IMG/VR virus record: IMGVR_UViG_3300048672_000495
Coordinates: 1-55,126 of that record
Strand: one strand, 5' to 3'
DNA length: 55,126 bases
From: a virus
Lineage: Duplodnaviria; Caudoviricetes
The stretch's first letter is position 1; each line of letters opens with the position of its first letter. This document shows positions 1 through 6,604 of this stretch, piece after piece. The translations under genes and the position numbers were made by a program. The notes beneath the pieces were generated by a model that did no database searches, was not told the origin of the DNA, and was given only the letters and a program-made list of their open reading frames with translations.

Positions 1-969
1 ATAGTTATCTATATCTATAAAACCCTGCGTCATAAATGTAGATACTAGATTATCACTTAGATTAATATCTAATAATGTATTATTAACTATATCTCTACTA
101 CTAAATGTATATAAAGCTCCTACTGTAGTATTGGAAGAATTATAGTGCATCTCTACTACAGAACTATCATCAATAGTATTTTCTACTGCTATGTTGGTAA
201 CTATATTATTTCCACCATCAACATATTTTGTACTACCTATTGTAGCAAATGCAGTTAAATTAGTATTTATAGAGTATTTAGCTGATATACCATCATAATT
301 TGATTGCATTCCATGGGCAGCATATTGTCTTCCAATACTTAATCCATATCCTCTATAAGTATCATCAACAGATGCAAACAATAAAGATGTTTTATATTTA
401 TTTTTACTATTATATCTACTATCTGTTAAACTATATGCATCTGATAATCTTGCTCTAAAATTATAAGTATATTCATCTTTTTTAATAGTTGTAGAGTTAC
501 TAAAACTATTGGCTAATGCTTTTGTATACCTATCACTATATAAATAACTAGATATACTAGAAGAAGTACTAGTACTGTCAATTACTCTTGGTAAACTATT
601 TTTTGACTCTACTTCTGGACGTTCTAATTTTGATTCTAATTCTTTTATTCTTTGTGTAATATTACTATTATACACTTCTTCTGGATAATCATTTAAGTAT
701 AATTGATACTCAATTTTAGCTCTAGCATAATTACCTAGATTTTCTAGAGTAACTGCGATCAATAATTGGGCTCGTTTAGATACGTTTGACTTTGGCATTA
801 ACAAAATCGCGTTCAATAGCTCGATGGCAGAATCAAAATCCTTCTGAACTAGAAAGATTTTTGCTTCTGCCATCAATTCTTGACTTGTTTTGTTGTTTGT
901 TACTTGTGGTGTAGCTGTACTATTTAAACTTAATAATAATAAAACTATGTAGAGATATTTATATTTCAT
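1..969 (-). CDS. Secreted TPR-domain protein with probable outer-membrane beta-barrel C-terminus (partial, runs off left edge)
   Basis: Not in the ORF track because it is truncated. Hand translation from ATG at 969 (RBS TGGAGA): MKYKYLYIVLLLLSLNSTA signal peptide, TPR-like AIELLNAILLMPKSNVSKRAQLLIAVTLENLGNYARAKIEYQLYLNDYP, then alternating beta-strand-like sequence (e.g. YRGYGLSIGRQ, YDGISAKY). Confidence 0.7.
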   Translation of the reverse strand, partial: MKYKYLYIVLLLLSLNSTATPQVTNNKTSQELMAEAKIFLVQKDFDSAIELLNAILLMPKSNVSKRAQLLIAVTLENLGNYARAKIEYQLYLNDYPEEVYNSNITQRIKELESKLERPEVESKNSLPRVIDSTSTSSSISSYLYSDRYTKALANSFSNSTTIKKDEYTYNFRARLSDAYSLTDSRYNSKNKYKTSLLFASVDDTYRGYGLSIGRQYAAHGMQSNYDGISAKYSINTNLTAFATIGSTKYVDGGNNIVTNIAVENTIDDSSVVEMHYNSSNTTVGALYTFSSRDIVNNTLLDINLSDNLVSTFMTQGFIDIDNY

Positions 970-984
970 TTCTCCACAATAAAT

Positions 985-1073
985 TGGTCGGAGTAGGAGG
1001 ATTCGAACCTCCGGGGCTTTTATACCCTCGGTTCCAAGCCGAGAACGCTACCAGGCTACGTGATTACACTCCG
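985..1073 (-). tRNA. trnP: tRNA-Pro(UGG), atypical (extra connector nt, 14-nt variable arm)
   Basis: CGGAGTG/TACTCCG acceptor stem, A-CCA end, CTCGG-CTTGGAA-CCGAG anticodon arm, GGAGG-TTCGAAT-CCTCC T arm. Confidence 0.85.
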
Positions 1074-1074
1074 A

Positions 1075-1266
1075 TTAATCGTAATAATTACCAACAGGAC
1101 CAGAGGTAAGAATAACCTCATCACCTTTTGCTAACTGAATTTTTGCATTATGTCTATAAGCACGTTCGTCGTGCTTCATCATGAATTTACCACCCTCACA
1201 ATGTTTTCCCCACTGGCATTGGCGGCAAGAACAAGATTTAGGAGTTTGCTTAGTATTAGTATCCAT
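1075..1266 (-). CDS. hypothetical protein (Cys-rich N-terminus)
   Basis: 63-aa ORF, GGAGA RBS, coupled to upstream ORF (TAATG overlap). Confidence 0.6.
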   Translation of the reverse strand: MDTNTKQTPKSCSCRQCQWGKHCEGGKFMMKHDERAYRHNAKIQLAKGDEVILTSGPVGNYYD

Positions 1267-1463
1267 TATATCTCCAAAGGAGTTATCTTTTTTATAATGT
1301 GGGACCTATACATTTTAGGTCCTATTCGTTTTAATTGTATCTCAACTTCTGTAATAAACTTTAATCTAAGTCTATTATCTTTGGTTAAGTCAAAACCCAA
1401 ACTTTTATAATACTCTACAGCATCTTCCATAGTTTGGAAAATCACTTCTTTGTTATAAGGCAT
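1266..1463 (-). CDS. hypothetical protein
   Basis: 65-aa ORF with AAGGGGA RBS. Confidence 0.55.
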   Translation of the reverse strand: MPYNKEVIFQTMEDAVEYYKSLGFDLTKDNRLRLKFITEVEIQLKRIGPKMYRSHIIKKITPLEI

Positions 1464-1812
1464 GATTCCCCTTAAAGTTCACTCCTATAAGTAGGATGGT
1501 TACCTACTTACTGGGCTAAACTCTAACTCTAGCAATTAATAGCGGAGGTGGTTACTCGTTGCAACAAGCCACTACGTCACTTTAAGCGTACAAATTCTAA
1601 CGCACTATTAACTGTGTTAGGTAATAGATAACCCTAACGCCCCTTATTGACTAGTCCATAGAGCAAAATATTATGCATCAAGGATCGGGTTTATTACTGA
1701 TATGGGGCAGTACTACCCATACGTTGTAATCACGTGTTTTGCGAGATTCATCACCCGCTTTCTAGTTGTAATTAGACTACACGCTATCCTAGTATTACGT
1801 GCTTGAATTTTT

Positions 1813-1896
1813 TGGTACCCAAGAAGAGACTCGAACTCTTAATCCTCGCGGCGGTGGCTTCTAAGACCACAGTGTATACCATTCCACCACTTGGGC
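1813..1896 (-). tRNA. trnL: tRNA-Leu(UAG)
   Basis: GCCCAAG/CTTGGGT acceptor, anticodon loop CTTAGAA, long variable arm, TTCGAGT T loop, ACCA end. Confidence 0.93.
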
Positions 1897-1903
1897 ATAT
1901 TCT

Positions 1904-2080
1904 TATTAAACAGCAGCCTATTCATCACTTTATTATTGAATAGCATTCATATGTTAAACAACTAATTGCGTTAAGTTGTGTGCACCATCAGTGATATGTT
2001 GTTTTTGTACCGTCGTACTGGTATGCGCCTGCGCCTGTGAGGACTCGAACCCCAACTACCCCACATACTGCTGATTAATA
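1904..2080 (-). ncRNA. stem-closed small RNA candidate containing a T-arm-like hairpin
   Basis: Ends TATTAA-a-CAGCAG / CTGCTG-a-TTAATA are complementary; internal TGGGG-TTCGAGT-CCTCA on minus strand. Confidence 0.45.
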
Positions 2081-2085
2081 AAAAC

Positions 2086-2135
2086 ATCCTGCTTACTAGC
2101 GTACAGGTCGATCTCTTTCCATCGAAGGTGGCTAT
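2086..2135 (-). ncRNA. GUAA two-hairpin motif, copy 1
   Basis: minus: GCCACCT-TCGAT..ATCGA-CCTG tacgcta GTAAG CAGG-AT. Confidence 0.5.
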
Positions 2136-2202
2136 ATCACAGTTTAGCTACTGACTTGTCATCTTTACCCTAGGAAGTGCTACAAGCATGCACTATTATA
2201 AA

Positions 2203-2303
2203 ACTAGCTGTCTACTACTGTTCCATTAAAGGTAAGACTTAGTATAATTCGTCCCAGTTCCACATCTTTTTAACACAAGTCCTGTGGTTGCTTGTGAGCT
2301 AGT
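2203..2303 (-). ncRNA. stem-closed small RNA candidate
   Basis: ACTAGCT/AGCTAGT terminal inverted repeat directly 3' of the tRNA-Ile-like gene. Confidence 0.4.
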
Positions 2304-2307
2304 ATAT

Positions 2308-2408
2308 TGGTACCAGGTACTGGAATCGAACCAGTGTTCGCCGCCTTATCTAGACGGTGCTTAAGAGTTTATAAGGCTCCCTCATAGGCCAACATTAGCA
2401 AACCTGGC
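2308..2408 (-). tRNA. tRNA-Ile(UAU)-like, 101 nt, with extra anticodon-like arm (GAU)
   Basis: GCCAGGT/ACCTGGT acceptor + ACCA; loop CTTATAA; extra hairpin CCGTC-TAGATAA-GGCGG; ACTGG-TTCGATT-CCAGT T arm. Confidence 0.75.
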
Positions 2409-2417
2409 ATAAATCAA

Positions 2418-2535
2418 ATATTGAATAGTACAGGTCGTGGTAGTTCTAATACACCCAGTTGACGCTGTTTTTTGCCATCCGTCAAAATGACCGCACAGTT
2501 ACTCTTTATATTCGTGCGCCTATACTATTCAATAT
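2418..2535 (-). ncRNA. stem-closed small RNA candidate (13-bp perfect terminal stem)
   Basis: ATATTGAATAGTA (2418-2430) / TACTATTCAATAT (2523-2535); immediately downstream of promoter 2558-2586. Confidence 0.6.
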
Positions 2536-2557
2536 GTAATCTTCCCATCGAATACAT

Positions 2558-2586
2558 ATTATACACCAAAGATTGAATAAAATCAA
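2558..2586 (-). promoter_or_regulatory. sigma70-type strong promoter
   Basis: TTGATT-17-TATAAT on minus strand. Confidence 0.85.
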
Positions 2587-2722
2587 GCCTAAAATTCTTG
2601 GCCTTCTGGCCACCCGCAAATCATTATAGTAATGTATTTAGCGATAGTGTTAATACCCATAGCAATAAAATATATTGCTAGAAATGCCAGAAACCAGTGT
2701 TGATGCCAAAAATCCCACATTG

Positions 2723-3040
2723 TCATGTTAGTAGTGTTCCAAATAGTTGTTTATGAGTAATAATCCATTTACCTACTGCTGCACCAAATAAAGCTCCAAC
2801 TGATCCAACTGTGAAGTCTTTAAATGATGGTGTATGTTTGTCTGGGTGCATTGCATCAAATATTTCTTTTGTAGCAGCTGAACCTACTCCGGTAGAGAAA
2901 CCCATTTCAGCGTCATCTGTTAACACAGTTACTATCAATGCTATTACAAATCCAGCGATTAAATGAAGTATTTTATCAATACCCCACCACTTATCAGTAG
3001 ATTGTAATATCTGTAGTAACATGCTCGATAATTTTGGCAT
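2723..3040 (-). CDS. VanZ/YfiM-like membrane protein
   Basis: DKILHLIAG..KEIFD..SFKDF motifs, hydrophobic segments, GGAGAG RBS. Confidence 0.6.
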   Translation of the reverse strand: MPKLSSMLLQILQSTDKWWGIDKILHLIAGFVIALIVTVLTDDAEMGFSTGVGSAATKEIFDAMHPDKHTPSFKDFTVGSVGALFGAAVGKWIITHKQLFGTLLT

Positions 3041-3057
3041 AGGCTCTCCAATAATAA

Positions 3058-3105
3058 GTCCCGGTTACTCGATCCGGGAACACTACTAAAGGCGGTGTTA
3101 GCTAT
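3058..3105 (-). ncRNA. GUAA two-hairpin motif, copy 2
   Basis: minus: AGCT-AACAC..GTGTT-CCCGG atcga GTAA CCGGG-AC. Confidence 0.5.
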
Positions 3106-3445
3106 AGCCCCAAATCATTCTACTAGCCCGTACGTCAGATTTGGAATTGAGTACGTGACGATGCGTTTACCTTCTAACGCCAACCTACCATGCTAAGTTT
3201 ACTAACAGCACATGGATTTTCCCACATCTAATCTGCACATTATACTGATCTCTTTGAACCAGTATTTGTCGCCCCATTGCAGTCTGAAGCATGTCCTTTA
3301 TATGGCGGACATTTCCATTATTGGTTCCGTCGTTCTGGACCTCGGAGGAACCACTACCCGAGGGAGATGTATCTGGTCGGAGCATTCCAGATTTAGCGTC
3401 TTGCGATCCTCCTAACAGTGTCGGCCTTAGCTTTCAGCCCACCGC
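3106..3445 (-). ncRNA. ~340-nt multi-hairpin, pseudoknotted ncRNA candidate
   Basis: No credible ORF; several hairpins and two loop-downstream pairings (3347-3353 with 3322-3328; 3138-3144 with 3110-3116). Confidence 0.5.
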
Positions 3446-3451
3446 TTTACA

Positions 3452-3847
3452 TTACTTTCTACAAAAGAAAATTGAATCTGTGTAATACTTAGTAAGATCA
3501 GTAGCTGGTCCAACATACATATACATGTTATTGGTATCGTATGTTCCAATAGTCTCAGCCTTTACACCACCAGGCAAAAAGTCTGTATACATTGGATGTT
3601 CTTCAAACTTCCATACCTTATCATTGTAGACAAAGGTAGCTTTGATTCCTTGAAAATCCACAACTGCTGTTGCACGAACTTCTTCAAAAATCATGTCAAT
3701 AGTGAAGTTAACTCCACTAAGTACACAATTATATTTACCATTGTGTGCAGCATAATTATATGCTGGAGGGGCTGTAGGACCACTGTCACCACCACCACCA
3801 CAAGCTGTAAGAACTGCCAGTGCTAGAATACTAAGAATCTTTTTCAT
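3452..3847 (-). CDS. lipoprotein
   Basis: MKKILSILALAVLTAC lipobox followed by GGGGDSG linker. Confidence 0.8.
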   Translation of the reverse strand: MKKILSILALAVLTACGGGGDSGPTAPPAYNYAAHNGKYNCVLSGVNFTIDMIFEEVRATAVVDFQGIKATFVYNDKVWKFEEHPMYTDFLPGGVKAETIGTYDTNNMYMYVGPATDLTKYYTDSIFFCRK

Positions 3848-3875
3848 ATTACCTTTGTTAGTTTATTTTAGTGAA

Positions 3876-3946
3876 ATGGGCCAGCGGTCCGGTCTCCCGC
3901 ATTGAAGTGTATATACACAGCTACTCACGATTGTATTATGACCCAT
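3876..3946 (-). ncRNA. stem-closed small RNA candidate
   Basis: ATGGGCCA / TGACCCAT terminal complementarity. Confidence 0.35.
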
Positions 3947-4060
3947 AGTAGAATACACATCTTGCTTATGTGGCTTTAGGGCACGAAAGCAATCGCGACC
4001 CATAACTTGATTGAAGTATGGAAAACCATACTTCCTACCACAGATTATGTACTCTACTAT
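3945..4060 (-). ncRNA. stem-closed small RNA candidate
   Basis: ATAGTAGAATACA / TGTACTCTACTAT terminal stem (one G-U on minus strand); internal GAAGTATGG-AAAA-CCATACTTC hairpin. Confidence 0.55.
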
Positions 4061-4062
4061 AA

Positions 4063-4116
4063 GTCCCGCTTACTCTTTGCAGGGTCGGAACACTAGCCCT
4101 CTCCGACAGCTTGGGC
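4063..4116 (-). ncRNA. GUAA two-hairpin motif, copy 3
   Basis: minus: GCCCAAGCT-GTCGGA..TCCGAC-CCTGC aaaga GTAA GCGGG-AC. Confidence 0.5.
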
Positions 4117-4180
4117 ACACATCACTTAGTTCGATCCGTAGCTTAGATGTGCAAATGAATCACCTACGGCTTCTGAATTA

Positions 4181-4240
4181 ATCCCGGTTACCAAACTTCC
4201 GGGTTGCTCTAGATTTAAGTATACTTAAATCGGCAAGGCT
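4181..4240 (-). ncRNA. GUAA two-hairpin motif, copy 4
   Basis: minus: GAGCC-TTGC..GATTTAAGTATACTTAAATC..GCAA-CCCGG aagtttg GTAA CCGGG-AT. Confidence 0.5.
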
Positions 4241-4288
4241 CACGTTTCAATGAGAATCCTAGATCACATCCATCTAGTAGGGTTCTTT

Positions 4289-4573
4289 TTAAAGCTGCTT
4301 CTTCTTAATGCGTTCTACGATACCATCAATAAAAGCTTCGTCCTTTATAAAGGAAACTGCTTCAAGTGCGGAAAGTTTTGCCTTACCTGAAACCTCATAC
4401 TTATAGTCACGAAGTTCTTCACTAATAGCCTTTTCAACAGCAATTCTATGGTACTTTATAAACCATTCTGATTTTTTTACTTCTTCTACGATTTGAGCAG
4501 CAATTAATCTTGCCTCTATACGCGGTGGAGACTCAGGAATTTCAAGATACTTGCGAAGAAACTTTTTTAGCAT
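4289..4573 (-). CDS. hypothetical protein
   Basis: 94-aa ORF in gene orientation of region. Confidence 0.6.
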   Translation of the reverse strand: MLKKFLRKYLEIPESPPRIEARLIAAQIVEEVKKSEWFIKYHRIAVEKAISEELRDYKYEVSGKAKLSALEAVSFIKDEAFIDGIVERIKKKQL

Positions 4574-4593
4574 TTTATTATTAGTTAGTTGTT

Positions 4594-4679
4594 TGGTGGT
4601 CCATCAAGGTAACGATCCTCCTGTCCCGATGGGAAACGGGGTTACAGCCCGCGCACTCTCCTTAAGTGTCTAATGAACC
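4594..4679 (-). tRNA. trnY: tRNA-Tyr(GUA)
   Basis: GGTTCAT/ATGGACC acceptor, loop CTGTAAC, long variable arm, ACCA; non-canonical T loop ATCGTTA. Confidence 0.85.
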
Positions 4680-4689
4680 AATATTAAAA

Positions 4690-5414
4690 TATAGTAGCTA
4701 ATCGGCCATGCCCTGCTCCGGTTTACCGGCTACAGCTTCCCTCTTTCAAGTTTCTCCGATCGGTCCCCCAATCCCTAACTTATGCTTTGGGCTCTAAGGG
4801 TTTCTCTTACTACTATAAGTATTTTCTGAAGGGCCCGGACGGTTATTTGGGGCTCGGTCCCATACATATGCACGTTAGTCTTATATACTTTTAAATATAA
4901 GGTGTGTTCTGGAAAGGAGATAGTGGCAATTGTTTACGCGGTTGTCCCGTATATCAGAAAATATATTAAAGTATAACTAATACGACAGCATTGCCGCAAT
5001 GACTACCTTTTCAGTATGCCAGGATATCACAATTTAACATTCCTGCCGAGCTTGCGGGTCGGGGTCTGTGCGTGATTGCATAGGGCACTGTTAGTTATAC
5101 TTTAATATAAAAATGGGTCTACGAGTCCAATTGTATAGCTAATTCACAATTACGTAGTCTAGTCACGCCTCCACTTATCGTCAATCGGTATCGGAGCTTA
5201 TCCCGAATCCCAATCTATTGTAGCTTCATCGAACGCCGCTGACATACCGATCAGCTTCACCCATTAAGATTAAATAGTTCCTGGCCAGGCTAGATAATTT
5301 TCTCACTTGCTTCCGCCTACTAGTGACAAACAGGGGCAGAAGTATACGACTTCCGCGGCCTATGTCTCGTTCCCATTGTCTTGTATCCAATTATCTTACT
5401 ATTTAATCTTAATG
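4690..5414 (-). ncRNA. tandem array of five abutting stem-closed small RNAs (4690-4817, 4820-4963, 4962-5109, 5112-5265, 5262-5414)
   Basis: Each ~130-155-nt unit is bounded by its own inverted repeat (8, 10, 19, 7 and 17 bp); no ORFs; lies between promoter 5488-5516 and tRNA-Tyr. Confidence 0.65.
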
Positions 5415-5467
5415 ATCCAGCTTACTTGATACTGGGCTAATAATTTGTGGCTATTAGCAGTGCGCCA
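5415..5467 (-). ncRNA. GUAA two-hairpin motif, copy 5
   Basis: minus: GGCGCACT-GCTAATA..TATTAGC-CCAG tatcaa GTAAG CTGG-AT. Confidence 0.5.
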
Positions 5468-5487
5468 TTTCTCACTTCAGAATATAT

Positions 5488-5516
5488 ATTATAATCCAAA
5501 ATACTTCGCAATTCAA
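5488..5516 (-). promoter_or_regulatory. sigma70-type promoter driving RNA array
   Basis: TTGAAT-17-TATAAT. Confidence 0.85.
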
Positions 5517-5523
5517 GCTTAAA

Positions 5524-5928
5524 TTAATACATGTGAACAGCAACTATGTGTACCGTTACCGCAATAATCATCAGTATTACGAATGGTTTATGATAAATAT
5601 GCCAATGTACAAACATTATAACATACTTATCATGTAGATGGCCCATAGTATGTATTACTTTATTATAAAGATACCTACCATATACACCACTTATAGCCAC
5701 TATCATTAATGATATGAACGCTATTGTAGCATTCAGACTACCAAAATATAATCTAGTATGAGCAATAACTATAAAAGGAGTTATTGCTCCTATAAACATA
5801 TGAAGATGGAACCATAAACGAATGTTACCACCAATCCAGGGAAAATTCTTTCTAACGTGGTACAATAGTAGTATTAGTATTAGAAATCCCGAAAATATCC
5901 CTGTTTGGTATGAGTAACTATTGTTCAT
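5524..5928 (-). CDS. His-rich 4-TM membrane protein, cytochrome b/ferric-reductase-like (multiheme-cytochrome-cluster inner membrane protein type)
   Basis: WFHLHMFIG..AH, SGVYGRYLY, WHIYHKPF..VHIVAVHMY: paired His in TM helices typical of heme-b ligation. Confidence 0.7.
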   Translation of the reverse strand: MNNSYSYQTGIFSGFLILILLLYHVRKNFPWIGGNIRLWFHLHMFIGAITPFIVIAHTRLYFGSLNATIAFISLMIVAISGVYGRYLYNKVIHTMGHLHDKYVIMFVHWHIYHKPFVILMIIAVTVHIVAVHMY

Positions 5929-6109
5929 CCTTATACTTTTTTATTGCTTCCGCATCCAACGAACAATACACCCTAAATTTATCTTTTCCTGCTTCGTCAT
6001 AAAAAGCTTCAGCCATTTTTTCAAGTGACTCGAACTTTTCAGATGGAAGTGAGTAATATCTACTTAGGAACGCAGATACTAGAAATTCTTTGCTATAACC
6101 TGCTGCCAT
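5918..6109 (-). CDS. hypothetical protein
   Basis: ATG at 6109 with AAGGGA RBS downstream of promoter 6131-6159. Confidence 0.6.
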   Translation of the reverse strand: MAAGYSKEFLVSAFLSRYYSLPSEKFESLEKMAEAFYDEAGKDKFRVYCSLDAEAIKKYKDEQ

Positions 6110-6130
6110 AAAAATCCCTTTCAAGCCTTA

Positions 6131-6159
6131 ATTATACAGGCTTTGATCAGGAAATTCAA
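6131..6159 (-). promoter_or_regulatory. sigma70-type promoter
   Basis: TTGAAT-17-TATAAT. Confidence 0.8.
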
Positions 6160-6167
6160 GATAAAAT

Positions 6168-6497
6168 TTACTTAGAAGCAGCAGATGCTGGTGGTTTAGC
6201 AGTTACAGCAGCCTTCTTCAATGAAGCACACTGTGAACGTTCAAACTTATCCTTCTTATATGATTCTTCTTTTGTTTGCCACTGCATGTTTTCAATGGCA
6301 TCTTTACCACCTGCACATAATGGAATTATGTGGTCTACCACAAATCCTGGACAGGTAGTTTTACTATGTTCTACTTTAGCTGGGCACGGATGAGTCTTTA
6401 CAAACTCTTTACGCACTTTAGCTGATCTAGTAGTAGCATCTACTGAGCTAATTAAACTTATTGCTAGTAGACATGCTACTAATAGACTCTTTTTCAT
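6168..6497 (-). CDS. HNH-family nuclease with N-terminal signal peptide
   Basis: MKKSLLVACLLAISLISSVDA; VVDHIIPLCAGGKDAIENMQWQ..KD motif. Confidence 0.75.
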   Translation of the reverse strand: MKKSLLVACLLAISLISSVDATTRSAKVRKEFVKTHPCPAKVEHSKTTCPGFVVDHIIPLCAGGKDAIENMQWQTKEESYKKDKFERSQCASLKKAAVTAKPPASAASK

Positions 6498-6604
6498 TTA
6501 ATTCCTATCACTTTGTTCGTCCACAGGAGGACGCTTACCGCGACGCGCATTACGTCTTTGTTTTTCTTGTTCTTTACGCTCTTTGCGTTCGTCCGGGTCT
6601 TGTT

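Noticed and set aside
2020-2060. Standard tRNA gene
   Set aside because: Only a T-arm; no acceptor stem, CCA or anticodon arm in normal order
3058-3105. Twister ribozyme on plus strand (CCGG-TTAC loop resembles L4)
   Set aside because: Lacks the UAA cleavage loop, the AAGC in L4 and the GAGUA pseudoknot partner in all five copies
3106-3445. tmRNA (5' GGGGCTGAAA..CGAC, pseudoknots, ~340 nt)
   Set aside because: No 3' T-arm, acceptor strand or CCA, and no tag reading frame ending in Ala-Ala
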